Notes: generated by a model not told the origin, from the sequence alone. DNA of 63,570 nt, filler included, from Globobulimina sp. (GCA_003354225.1; 33 parts of 33 records of this genome joined end to end with filler, not necessarily neighbours in it), one strand, 5' to 3'. Positions 11,653 through 24,535 are shown, counted from the first letter of the whole stretch. Numbers and translations are program-made.

Positions 11653-12622
11653 AATTTAATGAAAGTGCGGTAGAGTCCAAAGAGAATTTAAATGCAAAAA
11701 TGGATCAATTCATCGCAATGATAAATAAAAAAAGAGAAGATTTATTGCAGAAAATAGATGAAATTACAGATAAAAATTCTAAATCATTCAGTAACAAATT
11801 AAACGATCTCAATAAAGTGAGCAAAATATGTTTATATAATAAACAACAATTTGATATTATTGCATCATCGAAAAATTTATCTGCGACACAGAAATTATCA
11901 AAATTACAAGCATTGTTGACCATGGATGTGATGGACGATGATGAAAAACAAGCAATGCATGAAAATTATGATAATTATAAAATTATTGGGAATCAGTGCA
12001 TTTATTCTGGTAAAATGAACATTATATTTGATGCAAAAGCATTCAATGAAACCATGCATTCTTTCATAAAAGTAGAATGTAACAATATCAGCAAAGAGTG
12101 GACAATCAAGCAAAATTATTTGTTACTAATTTGATTTCAGGCACAGAGGAAAAACATTTATTGTCCTGGATCAGCAATATTGAACAACGAAATGTTTCTT
12201 TACTTTTCCGGGCCAGTCGTGATGGATTCGATTTGAATACTTTTCATCAAAAATGTGACGATAAAGTATCAACTTTAGTTATTGTAAAATCAGAGCACAA
12301 ACATATTTTTGGTGGTTATACAGAGAAATCATGGAAAGGAAATAATAATTGGGTAACAGACAAAAATGCATGGATATATTTGTTGAGAAGCCCAAAGAAA
12401 GATAAACCTACAAAATGGAAAGTGAAACAAACTGGCTCTTGTGCCACTTTAGCAGGTCCAAAATATGGTCCTTATTTTGGAAATGCATTTTATTTAACAT
12501 CTGGTACAACTGCACAGTATGGTGGTAGTAACCATTATGTTGGTCCAAAAGATATAAATGTTTTAGCTGGTTCAAAAGTGTATACTGTGTTGGATTGGGA
12601 AGTTTGGCATATTTCAAATTGA
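11653..12622 (+). CDS. Coiled-coil plus TLDc-domain protein, 5' partial, frameshift near 12095
   Basis: TLDc motifs LLFRASRDGF, FHQKCDDK, IFGGYT, YGPYFG, DWEVW. The upstream coiled-coil ORF overlaps in another frame. Splice acceptor at 11652. Confidence 0.8.
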
Positions 12623-12812
12623 GAAACTGCTTGGATTGTCTGTCCACATTCATTGATTTCGACCATTATTTTGTGTACATATCTAGATCTGTTTTGTAAT
12701 TGGACCTGTTTGAAACACTTTTCTTTTGAAATTGTATACATTATCCTTGCATGCATGTAAATCTCATAGGATTTCAAACTGTTCAAACACGTTCTAAAGT
12801 ATATATCCTTAA

Positions 12813-13097
12813 TTAATATAATTTGACATAATATGGATTATCATTATCATTATCATTGTCATTGCTCACAGAACGTGTGATGTCACGGAGATGAGTCAGT
12901 AAACCTAATGGTGATGGAGCATGGAGTATATTTGGTATTTCATAATCACAACCCACACAAATTCGATCACCGTTTTGTTGTAATTCCAATTTAGTATATT
13001 CACTGCCACATTTAGGACATTTGCGTTTGGTATCTGGTTTAAATTTAATTGCAGCTGCCAGCTGATAACCGTTGACCAGTTTACTCTTCTTGCTCAT
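12813..13097 (-). CDS. Small zinc-ribbon protein
   Basis: CPKC...CVGC pair in a 94-aa ORF with ATG start. Confidence 0.5.
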   Translation of the reverse strand: MSKKSKLVNGYQLAAAIKFKPDTKRKCPKCGSEYTKLELQQNGDRICVGCDYEIPNILHAPSPLGLLTHLRDITRSVSNDNDNDNDNPYYVKLY

Positions 13098-13166
13098 GTC
13101 AGGTTTGGCAATATTTTTACTCGCATAAAAACTTTTTCTTTTGCAAATAACGGAAAATCAAATATA

Positions 13167-13417
13167 ATGAAATGGTTCTTCATTTTGGCACTATGTTTGG
13201 TAGTAATGGGTTGCGCACTTGTTCGGTTAACTCTTATGCCAATACAAGATCAGTTAATACAGGAATACAAGATCAATGACATTGATTATAACTTGTTACA
13301 ATCATTATACTCGTGGCCAAACTGCATTACATCCCTATTTTGCGGGGTGTTAATGGATAAAATCGGTGTAAATAGAATGGTTTGTATATTATGGGTGTTA
13401 ACAATGATTGGATGTGT
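13167..13417 (+). CDS. MFS transporter (MFSD1-like), 3' partial
   Basis: YNLLQSLYSWPN...FCGVLMDKIG resembles MFSD1 TM2 and motif A. Confidence 0.75.
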
Positions 13418-13671
13418 NNNNNNNNNNNNNNNNNNNNNNNNNNNNNNNNNNNNNNNNNNNNTTAATTAATTAANNNNNNNNNNNNNNNNNNNNNNNNNNN
13501 NNNNNNNNNNNNNNNNNAATGTAAAAAATATAATTTTAAAACATTGTGGGGTTGCAATTATCAATGGTAATAACCAAAATTAAAATTGATTTAATATAGC
13601 TTTTGAATATGACTTGAATACTATGTTCAATATAAGTCGACTATACTGGCTGTAATATCACAATACTTTGA

Positions 13672-15093
13672 ACAGCTAAAGGTGCCATCCTCCAAACCTC
13701 ACTAAGGGGGGCTGGAAACTCACATGTTTTTTATTTGTATGTTAAAAAACACAAAGTTAGAAAAAGGAAATTTGACAGTCCGATATTGGATTTGGTGCCA
13801 TCAATATATCGGGATATATTATTTATAACTTTAAATGGTGGAATAAAAGCAACCTCGGAAGGGACGTATCAAGACAATTTTATGGAGTTCTGGAGAACAA
13901 TGCGGAGATTGAAAATACCAGATAAATGGGTTTGGGATTTCCCAATCAATGATGCGATATTACAAATATATATAATTAATTGTTGTTTTATTAGGAAAAG
14001 AAAGAATTGTTATGGAACAATCCGAGGTAAGATGAGAGCGATTGATTTCGTGGCACAATTATGTGGCATTAAGTCATCATGGTCTGAAAATCCATCAATT
14101 GAAGCGTTATTGAAATACGTTAAGAAACGCAATCCAGGAAAGGGATGCGATACATTGCCAGCCACAGTAGAAACGGTACTGACTGTGGTGAGATATATTT
14201 TAGCGTTCAAAGTATATTATAATTTGAACTTTTTGACAGAGGAAGAGAAGGAAATGAAGTTTAATTGGTTGTCATTTCCAAAAATATGGATAGATAAAAA
14301 TAAGTTGTATTGGTATTGTCTGGCAATGTCTTTCTTATTTGTGGGTATATTGGGATTAAGAGGAGCTGAGTGTTATGAAAATAAAGATAAAAACTATGAA
14401 GGATATGGAATATATCTTTCGGACTTGAAGTTTTATTGGAGAGATGAAAGGACGAAGAGATTATATGGAAGCAATAGATATTCGCAGGCATTTAGTGCAT
14501 TGCATCATGCCCGTATACGTTTAAGGCATTCAAAATCTGCGCAGGAAGGAGAGGATGTGTATTTACGTTTGGGTCGAACATATAGGCAGATAGATCCGGC
14601 AGTGATTATATATCACATTTATAATATACAGAGATATGATTTGAGACGGATTTATAAATATAAATTAAGGAAACGGTTTCTATTCCAGACTCCCCAAAGA
14701 GACTGGACATTGACGGCAGTGAAGAAGAAATGGAAAGGTGTAATTATGGAACTAGGTTTAATAGAAGGTGAAAAATACAGGTTTCATGGTTTACGTAAAG
14801 GATTTGCGACAACATTGACGCAAAAAGGTGTGCTTAGAAGTATTATAGCATTTGCAGGCAGATGGAAGCTGTTGGCGGCCATTGACGATTATATAATACA
14901 TACACAAAAAGATATGTTTGATTTAGCTCTGATATATTTGTATGGAAATAAGGTAAGCAGAGTGCAAATAGATTTAGATATGAAGGAATGTGATTTGGTA
15001 AAGAATTTGCCGAATGATAAGGCGACAGTGCTATCATTGGAATTCTTTAAGAATTATAAGAAACAGTTAACGAGTGATGAGATTAATGAGTGA
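13672..15093 (+). mobile_element. Tyrosine recombinase ORF of a DIRS/Ngaro-type YR retroelement (or Crypton-like element)
   Basis: Complete catalytic set: LRGAE (R at 14359), HSKS (K), FHGLRKG (HxxR at 14785), AGRW and DDYI (Y at 14890). N-terminal binding domain pattern TY...F...TIRGKMRAI. Frame open from 13672. Confidence 0.85.
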
Positions 15094-15447
15094 TATAGAA
15101 ATATGGTGAATTAATCGATATGGACAAATGATTATGATTTAAATTGTATTATTATTTATTTTACGATATGGATATATATTCCTGAAATGTAGATATTATT
15201 TTGGGTATTTACGTATTTGTTTGGTTGAACAAATAATATATTAAATTAAATTAAAATTAATATTAGTTTGTGCATATCGATCACTCGAACCTTAATTTGA
15301 GATTTGTGCAATAGGATTGACTAATCGAGAAATAATAAAATTGGAATNNNNNNNNNNNNNNNNNNNNNNNNNNNNNNNNNNNNNNNNNNNNTTAATTAAT
15401 TAANNNNNNNNNNNNNNNNNNNNNNNNNNNNNNNNNNNNNNNNNNNN

Positions 15448-15762
15448 TATTCCAGTTATTTCTTGCAAATCGCCTTCATGCCTTCTTATTAAATGGATCA
15501 TATCATTCAAATAATTCGCATACAATGTTTTAATAAAATGCAAAAAGGTCAATTGCCCCTCTTTGCTTTGCTGCGTATTCAGCAATGCATAATATTTAAG
15601 CGCATAAATTATGCGACTCACTGCTTCGCACTTATTCAGATTTGGGTTATATTCATTGCATTCTTGTGTACTTTCAAAGATTGCGAAATCAATCGCATGT
15701 TTATTCATCTTTTTCTCGTCTGAATTCATCGTAATTTTATATTGATTTAAATTAAGTGACAC
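15448..15762 (-). CDS. Hypothetical protein N-terminus, 3' partial
   Basis: ORF with CEAVSRIIYALKYY...YLNDMIHLIRRH runs off the contig. Confidence 0.55.
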
Positions 15763-15820
15763 GTAATCAGCCCATCATTGTAGCTGGAAAGCTAGTTTTT
15801 TTGTTACAGTTTTGTTTATG

Positions 15821-17277
15821 TTAGTCCTTTTCTTTTCCTATGTATTCATATGCTTTAACAATAATTTTTAATTCCTCCATAACCATTTTCATGAACTCAT
15901 CGCACTTTCCCCACACTCTGAGTCTGGCCGCATTATCATATGGTGTTTTTTGTAGATTTACCAACACAAATTCTTTCCCTTTGAGTGGCAAACCGCATGC
16001 TGGCTTTACACGCATTGAGCTCCCAATCACAATGTTCAAATCCGCTTTGGATGAATGATTTGATGATTTATGCAATTCCTTTCCAGGCAAACTCTCACCA
16101 AACGCAATAATGCTATCTCTTAGTTTTCCTTTACATTCCTCCGCCGCACATAGCCGGCCTGTAAATCGCGTGAAAACTGTTGCAATCGAAGCAATATTAT
16201 GTTGCATCTTTTGTACATTGTAATCTCTACAATATTCCTGACCGCATTTATTGCAAAACTCCATATATATACTTCCATGCAGCTCAGCCAAACAATCCTG
16301 ATCAATGCCGGACTTTCTATGCAAACCATCCACATTTGTGGTCACCACATAATTTAATAACTTGTTTTGCATTAATTTAACTGACACAAAGTACAAACAA
16401 TATGAATATGTTTATATATTTTATTTGCAAATATGTTACCTAATGCCATATGCGTATAAGTTGGAGCAACAGCATCCATATTATCCAACGCTTTCGAGTC
16501 TATCCTCTTTCCCTTTGCTTTCAGGGTCCACACTCCATTCGGGCCTCTGTAGTCTGGCAAGTTGGCTGAGGTAGAAATGCCAGCTCCAGTATGAAAAACT
16601 GTATATTTGGATAGCAATATCAAGCGACAAAGTTGTTTTGCTTTCCGCCATAACACATGGTCAGAATCAAAATATTCAGTTTGGTCTTCCTCCAAAACGG
16701 TATCTTTGCCGCTTTCCACGTTCCCCAAACCCCGATTAGCTCCAGAATCAGTCAATGGATTTCTTTGTGGATTCCTACCAATTATTTGTTGCTGATCATC
16801 GTCAGAATCGTCATAAAAAGCGCAGTCCATAAAATCCGTCTCTTTCTCCAATGATTTTGGAATATTTTCTCCAAACTTTATCTGATGCGCAATTTTGTAA
16901 ATATCAAACACTGCTTTTATGGATAAATGATGCAAATAATCATCGCATTTATAACACCAAAAAGATAAATCGCCGACACCCATAGCAATGCAATGTGTTT
17001 TCTTGGTGGAATTGTAATGTTTCACCATATGTTTATTGCCATAGCGGCCACAAAGTACTTTATGACATTTCAAGCAAACCCAATTTTCTTTTTTGTCGCA
17101 TTTTGCTTCGTCACATTCAGGAAATTCATCTGTTTTAATTATTTAATTGCCACAAACAACAATTAACATTAAAAACTGTGTGTTGAATATGTAGAATGTG
17201 AGTTAACTCAATTTGGGGAATTTATTGGTATTTTGGGGTATTACTAATGCAGAGCCAATGTGGCCACAATAATGTTT
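15821..17277 (-). CDS. ZnF-UBP fused to a class IV (SIRT6/SIRT7-like) sirtuin; exons <17277-17208, 17129-16440, 16380-15821
   Basis: ZnF-UBP: YCGH, ENWVCLKCHKVLCGRY, HM, H, DLSFWCYKCDDYLHH, AHQIKFGE. Sirtuin: HTGAGISTSANLPDYRGPNGVWT, PTYTHMALVKL, TNVDGLH, AELHG, two Cys pairs, IGSSMRV, VNLQKTP. Both introns restore the frame. Confidence 0.92.
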
Positions 17278-17377
17278 NNNNNNNNNNNNNNNNNNNNNNN
17301 NNNNNNNNNNNNNNNNNNNNNTTAATTAATTAANNNNNNNNNNNNNNNNNNNNNNNNNNNNNNNNNNNNNNNNNNNN

Positions 17378-18963
17378 AAATTTGCATAAAAATATACAAA
17401 ATCAAATTGTCGATTTTTATTATTGAAGCTGAATAAATCGATAATATAATATTGTATTGGATAAAATAAACAGATTGGATCTAAAATAAACGCAGTAATC
17501 ATAATATATTGAATAAATAATGTCGACGTCTTTGACAAAGAAAGCGCCAAAGTTTCAAATATATTTTGAAAAACACTTATTATATGAAATATATTCAAAT
17601 TCGAGACTGTTTGTGTAATAACAACGGATAATAAGACCATTACAATCAGGCACAAATAATATTTATTTAAAATTTGTAAATATAATTTCGACAAATCTTT
17701 GCAAACTGACAACTTGTAATAAATGGATTCAATCATTATTGGTAATAAAGACAGCCATATTTTGATTATAATCGTCGGCAAAATGCCTGATATTAATTGT
17801 ATCACATAATCGGATAAATAAATATTTAAATTTCGCCTCGTCATATATTGAAAAAACGCTTCAATGTTATTTAGAATCACTGACGAATTTATGAACACAA
17901 TCCATATGAAAATAATTAATAAAATTAAAATATTTATGATTGTTTGCCACAGGAAATTATCATATTTGTTGGCGTATAAATTCTTTCTTATTAAATCTTT
18001 TGGGTACGGCGCTAATGCACATTTAAAATGTAGCGTATTGGCAAATATCTGTGTCGACACACAACAGCTCGTAGTCGCCAAATTATTGAAATTCACAAAC
18101 GCAGTCGATCCGTATTTAGGTGTCGATAATAAATAATCCAATTCGGTTTTCAATCCATTTATTTTCGATCTGTAATGCTTTACACAATCCATATATTTTG
18201 GGTATGGCAGATATGAGACAATAATTCTTTTTGTTTTCGAATGTTTCAATTTTTTCCGATAAAAATGCAATTCTTTGGTTAATTTTGTAATTCGTTTGGT
18301 ATTCGTTACAACGTAAACTTTATTAATTTTGTGCGGAAATACGGTTTGCAATAAATTATACAAATTACTTTGGTTTTGATATTGTTTCGGAATATCCGTA
18401 ATCATAACCGTATAATGTGAAATGTGAGAGTTTGACAAATATTGATCAACAATGGTCGCCACATAAATGCCGTCATCGTATAATATTTTGAGCGATAATA
18501 AAGTGAATATATACGCCGCAATGACAGAAAACCACAATCTCCAGCTGTCTTCGTTCAAATTGGAAATTGATATTATTTCAATCCAATCGTTTTCATCATA
18601 TATATCACGTGTTTCGTTTGCATATATTGGTATTAATATAATTAAAGCAATTCCAGTGCAAAATAAACAAATCTTGATACAGGATTTAATAAATAATAAA
18701 AACACAATGCCATCCAATCCGATATATTCCATCAATTCGCTATCTGGCAAAGCTGATATATCCCTACTGGTTCTGGGCCTGCATTTCGTATTTTTAATTT
18801 CTGCATTGATTCGGGGTTCAAGCACCGCTTTCGTTTTAGTTGAGAATAATTGTAACAATATATAACAACCAATAATAAGAAAACCAATTGTTACGGAAAA
18901 AAAGAATGAGGTCACAAATTTGTTTGTATCACTCACTGTGAGAGTATCCTCATTATTTGACAT
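17378..18963 (-). CDS. OSCA/TMEM63/CSC1 family channel, 3' partial
   Basis: GLDGIVFLLFIK, ISISNL, RLW, YTVMITDIP, STAFVNF, APYPKDLI..NL and many TM helices. Confidence 0.88.
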
Positions 18964-19307
18964 CGATCTGGAATCTATACTAAATATGCAATCAATATTG
19001 ATACAAAACCAAATGATTTGAAAATTGCCGTTGTTGGACAATGATCGATAGCACGGTATGCAAACTTGTGAAAATGTAGCGCTTCTTATTTTCGGCTGAA
19101 GTCACTGAACCATGGCAAGCATGTTAGTATCCGTGTTCACATTGCTATTGATAAGCAATATATATCTCTCTTTAAATTTAAAAGTTGTGTTCGAATTCCA
19201 GGTTTAANNNNNNNNNNNNNNNNNNNNNNNNNNNNNNNNNNNNNNNNNNNNTTAATTAATTAANNNNNNNNNNNNNNNNNNNNNNNNNNNNNNNNNNNNN
19301 NNNNNNN

Positions 19308-20273
19308 GTGAGCACAGTATTGCCTTTCCGCCATGACAGGGTCGATACCACTGAGTCCATTAAACCATATTTAATGGAATTCGTAGACGACAACGAAGAG
19401 AAAATGCATCAGCCCAATTCCATTGATTTCAACTATAATTTAGAATCATTATTCTATCCATATACAAACTTACAATCTTTATTGTTCACTCAAATCCAGC
19501 CATACATCAAAAACGATTATAAGAACACTAAAAACATTGGAAAAACACCTAAAAACGATACAAATACATCTAATGACATGAAAGTACAACATACAGAAAT
19601 GGATTGGAGTGATATTAAATCCATTAATCGAATACGTGAGTTAACTAAAAAATTATTGTCCTCCTCTTCTGCGTCCAGTGGCATCAAAGAAGAAGATTTG
19701 TATTTGATGTTTTCATCGCCTTCGCCGACCCAAATGATTGATAATTTGCGTTTTGGTTTGTTGTCTGATTTGTGTATGGTGAATATGGATAGATTTGGGC
19801 GGAGAGTGTACCATTTGATGTATAAACGAGATCGGAAACAGACGAGAATACATTTCTATAATCATTCGCATATTGAATCGAATTTGTTTGGCGATGGGGA
19901 CATTGTGGGATTATCGGATTTTATTCAAGAAGATGTGTCGGAGATTGATGGAAGTATTTCAGACTCCGTTTCTATACATTATCATGATAATGATGTTGTG
20001 ACTGATAATTCCAATACTTTGCAATGGCAAAACTTTGCAATTCATAGTTTGTTGTATCGGAGAACGCAATTTAATGCACCACCGTCGACTGATACACCTA
20101 AAAAAATCATTGGTCTTCAAAATACTAAGAAATCAATTGGTAAAAAGCAACAGAAATTGAAAAGAAAAGGCAAGAAAAAGAAAGCTAAATTTAATCCGTT
20201 CTCTGCCCATAATATAGCAAAATGGGGAGGTAAATTTGGATCGCCTACTATGAGGAAATCTGGTCGTGATTGA
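19308..20273 (+). CDS. Hypothetical protein C-terminus, 5' partial
   Basis: 321 open codons from the contig start ending in a Lys-rich tail. Confidence 0.6.
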   Translation: MSTVLPFRHDRVDTTESIKPYLMEFVDDNEEKMHQPNSIDFNYNLESLFYPYTNLQSLLFTQIQPYIKNDYKNTKNIGKTPKNDTNTSNDMKVQHTEMDWSDIKSINRIRELTKKLLSSSSASSGIKEEDLYLMFSSPSPTQMIDNLRFGLLSDLCMVNMDRFGRRVYHLMYKRDRKQTRIHFYNHSHIESNLFGDGDIVGLSDFIQEDVSEIDGSISDSVSIHYHDNDVVTDNSNTLQWQNFAIHSLLYRRTQFNAPPSTDTPKKIIGLQNTKKSIGKKQQKLKRKGKKKKAKFNPFSAHNIAKWGGKFGSPTMRKSGRD

Positions 20274-20784
20274 AAATATAATTATCTATACTTTGCTGTT
20301 TGAAAAACATTGTGTATTATATTCGTTTTTGGTTGTCTGAATCTGAATGTTTTGAATGTTTAAGGTTGTGTAAAAATATTAGTTCGTTTTGATTAAAAAT
20401 ACACGGAAATATTCGACAAATAATTAGACAAATAATATTTTACGGTTTTGTTTTGGAAATATTGACACAAATGTAATATCAAGTAAGTAAGTAAAATGGT
20501 TTTTGATTTCCTTGCATAGCACTCATAATTCTGCAGATAGACTTTAATATTATAACCAATATAATTAAAGCATCCGTGGACACAATATTTATTACAATGC
20601 GCAAAGCATATTCAAAATGTGTTGCATGTTCTAAGACATGTATGGAAAATAGATAATAAAACCTGCATAAAAATCATTAGTCACAAAAAATAACCGATAG
20701 TGGTTACGATGAACAAAACCATCGAAAATCGAGCAAGCTATGGTTTTGAAAAATGAAAATCAAAATGTGTATAATAATTTTACA

Positions 20785-21137
20785 TTAATAAATATTTCGA
20801 GTAATTTTAAGATCTCCATATTCATATTGTACTATTTTCCAATTATTTTCAGAAAATAAATCTTCATATTTTGCAAATGCTGAGCTTGAATACATAATTG
20901 TTGGTTTATATAATTGTATTTGATTCAATTTTGAATATTTGAGTTTATTCACCAATTTTAATGTTGAAACTAAGGATTGTAAATATGATTCATTTATACA
21001 TCCAATATCCCAACAAATTATACTTGTAACTTGTTTAAATATTTTATTTAATTTCTCATATTGTATTAAATTATCCTCTCTTTTATCTTTAATCTCATTT
21101 ATTCCCCAAATTTGTAATCCAACTCCATATTCTTTGA
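20785..21137 (-). CDS. Hypothetical protein C-terminus, 5' partial
   Basis: Open frame from the contig end: KEYGVGLQIWG...LFSENNWKIVQYEYGDLKITRNIY*. Not in the ORF track. Confidence 0.5.
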
Positions 21138-21276
21138 NNNNNNNNNNNNNNNNNNNNNNNNNNNNNNNNNNNNNNNNNNNNTTAATTAATTAANNNNNNN
21201 NNNNNNNNNNNNNNNNNNNNNNNNNNNNNNNNNNNNNGTTTACAAATACGTTGATATTATTTATAATCATTTATTT

Positions 21277-22706
21277 TTATATGCCGCCACCATGACGGAA
21301 GAATTGGCCCATGCCACCCATAGCAGATTGAAATAATAATTGTTGCTGCATATCTTGATCAATATTTGAAGAGGGTAAATTTAATGATTTCTCAACAAAT
21401 TGTTTGGATTGTTTTATTTTTAATTGTTGCGCATCCAAACCATTCCATAAATTAAGTGTCTTTTCAATGCCAGATTGTATTTTAATTAATAAATTACGGT
21501 CCGAATGGGTTATAGTCCCATCATAAAATGTAACGACATCGTCCGCATCTAATGACGCCGACAAATCACCATTTTCTATCATTGCAATCACAATTTGTTT
21601 GGCTTCAAATTCATTTTCAAAGCGACACAACGATTGAACTTTTTTAATCGATAATTTTGTGTAAACACTGGTTAATTTTTTCACTGCATTTTTGGAGCAC
21701 GATGTCATTACTTTTTTAACTAAGCCATAATTATTGTCTTTTAAATACAATTCTGCATTTTTAGAAATGATCTTCGTCAATTTATCTTTACCAATCACAT
21801 CCGAATTTGCATTGCTATCAAAGGCTGAGGTTAAGTCTAAATATTCGCCACAGAATTTGGGGAAATATCTCGTTAAAATACGGGGTGTATAACGCGGCAA
21901 TGACACTAAATGTTGTTTACGTATCAATGAGATTAATATATACTTTTTATAGGCATCTATTTGTATTGCCGACACTGACTCTGATGGCGAGGTACAAACC
22001 ATCGTCAAACACTCCATAGCTTCGCGATATGCATTGAATCCAATATGTATCAATGCGCAATAATAAAAATATCGCAAATTATCTTCTGATTTGACACAGC
22101 CATCCCCTTATTTTAGTTATTTAATTACGCAAAATCGCACAATGTATTTATTTATTAATTTTTATTTGACACACCTTGCACTTGAATTATATCATAATTA
22201 ATATATGGCAATGCTTGATGATAACAATAGGTTTCCACACAACAATACATCATATCAGAATGGGCGAATGTTAATATATTCCTATTTTTATCAATGCCGC
22301 TTCCTTGGAATAGATCAATGCATCTTTTTAATGTATGAATTAAGGGCATAAAATTTCTATCTCTTTTCATGAAATCAACGTAAACCCTCAATGCGTCTGT
22401 CAATGGACGCGGGAACAATGATATTTGTGCTGCGTCTGCGCGATGAATAAAAGAATTGACTTGTTTTAGGAAAGTGAGTATGTTTTGTGGATCATCCAAC
22501 TTCTCTGTGGATTTAAAGCCCAATAAATATGAATATGCAATACTATGATCTTTTGGGTTTAATGTGTTTTTTAAGACGAGATCTATGGCTGATCTATATT
22601 TGGGAAGCATCTTTAAAATATCTCGATATTTCCATTCTTCTGTAAATGATTTCCAATCATTTGGATTCCATTGCAATGCTTCCGAAATAAAATTGTCTAA
22701 ATTCAT
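21277..22706 (-). CDS. CSN3: COP9 signalosome subunit 3; exons 22706-22175 and 22106-21277
   Basis: YFYY, TSPSESVSAIQIDAYKKYILISLI, LPRYT, DNNYGLVKKV and a C-terminal PCI domain. A 68-nt intron joins the two ORFs in frame. Confidence 0.85.
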
Positions 22707-23169
22707 ATTTGATCCTAACATTTGACGACTATTTATTTTTCGCAATTATCACACGGGCCACTGATCACTACTAAATATCAACTATATTATACATATATAC
22801 ATACAATTGCATCATATTGATGATAGGAGTTCGAAAAAAACAAACAAAACAACAAAATGCCTCGACACCAATGTAAGTTTTGGCGAGATAATATTCTAAA
22901 AACTACTGCTAGTCCACAAAAGTTAAATAAAAAAGTAAAAAAATATAAGCTGTACTAATAACAAATTCTCATATTACCCGCATGCATTGTTGATAAAATT
23001 CACTAATCCTAACATTTTAAATATCATTATATGCATATAATGCCTTCCATCATTGAATGGTGTAAAANNNNNNNNNNNNNNNNNNNNNNNNNNNNNNNNN
23101 NNNNNNNNNNNTTAATTAATTAANNNNNNNNNNNNNNNNNNNNNNNNNNNNNNNNNNNNNNNNNNNNAT

Positions 23170-24054
23170 TCATTTTTTGCATTAATAAATGACTACATTT
23201 TCGACTTTGGCGATAAATATTATCCGTGCGACTTATGGGAGATATTCAAATTTGGCTCTTCCGTTTGGGGCATTGATGATGTTGAGAGTGACATCGATGT
23301 TGCGATCAAAATCAATAAAAAATATCTGCTAAAATATAGCAAACAGGACATATTACAAAAGTTATCTGTGTATATTGGTGACAAGAATGCGGAGTTGGAC
23401 ATTACAGCCATTTTGCATGCACGCTGTCCAATAATCACCATCGAGAATAGATGCGCGGGGATGAAGAGCATGAAAATGGACGTGAGCATATCTGATGATT
23501 TCGGCGTGGAGAATACCAGAGATATTTTGTCAGCGTTGTTTAACAAATATTGTGGCTATGGATATCCAATGCGAAAGTTTGTTATATTTGTAAAATATTG
23601 GAGTAAAAGGAGATATATTAATGACTCACCCAATCGGTTTATCAATAGTTTTGGTTTTACGTTGATGTGTATCAAATACATCCAATATTTGATCCATAAA
23701 AGTAAAAAATATATCAATTTAAGCTATTTGATGTATGGTTTTTTCATTTTTTATGCGTATAAGTTTAATGCGAACGAACATGTGATTGATATCATGTATT
23801 TCGATGGTTTGAGTGATAAGTTGAGTAAGAATAAGAATAAAAATAAGGTGTTGGAGGTGATTGACCCAGCAAATATAAAAAATAATGTGACGAATAATGT
23901 GAAAGAGGAACAATATAAGAAAATTAATCTAGAGTTTAAGAGAGCTGTTCAAATCATGAAAGTATTTATGAAGAAAGGACAGACAATGCATTGTACCCTA
24001 TTCCAGTTATTGACGGAGAAAGGTAGTAAAATGGTTATTAATTATGATAGATAA
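23170..24054 (+). CDS. Non-canonical poly(A)/poly(U) polymerase (Cid1/GLD-2/TUTase family), 5' partial
   Basis: FGSSVWGIDDVESDIDV nucleotidyltransferase motif upstream of the listed ORF, then ARCPII, MDVS, VKYWSKRRYIND, NSFGFTLM and VIDPANIKNNV. Confidence 0.88.
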   Translation, partial: SFFALINDYIFDFGDKYYPCDLWEIFKFGSSVWGIDDVESDIDVAIKINKKYLLKYSKQDILQKLSVYIGDKNAELDITAILHARCPIITIENRCAGMKSMKMDVSISDDFGVENTRDILSALFNKYCGYGYPMRKFVIFVKYWSKRRYINDSPNRFINSFGFTLMCIKYIQYLIHKSKKYINLSYLMYGFFIFYAYKFNANEHVIDIMYFDGLSDKLSKNKNKNKVLEVIDPANIKNNVTNNVKEEQYKKINLEFKRAVQIMKVFMKKGQTMHCTLFQLLTEKGSKMVINYDR

Positions 24055-24535
24055 TATTATTAATTATTATTATATTGCATAATATACATTTAATTATAAT
24101 TATTTTTTATTTCATTTTTACTAAAATACCGATATGGATATTGGTTTTTATTCTTTTTATTTATTATTTTATTCACTTGTTTTAAATAATTTAAATATTG
24201 TTGTGAGATTTTTATTTTTTATTTTTTTGCTGTAACATATAAAATATAAATGATGGCATATGTGATATTAATATTTTATTTTTTTCTTTTTATATGTTTT
24301 GTGCATGGAAAGTATTAATTTTTTAATTTGATATTACATCCAGTACTTTGATTCATTGATGGTTTAATGGCTGTTATGCAAGTCGAGGATTATACAGATT
24401 CCTTAAAACAGAGTTAAAGAAGTAAAAGAAGAGAGATCTCCGATGCACAGAAGTTGGCGAAAAATATTTCCCTCACTTTTGGTGTTAGATTGTAGGAGAA
24501 GTGAATTTTGACAGTATATTTGATTTAATTGTGAT

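Noticed and set aside
13672-15093. Bacterial prophage integrase
   Set aside because: No phage genes or ribosome-binding site are visible, and the GRW/YI motifs and N-terminal pattern fit eukaryotic YR elements better.
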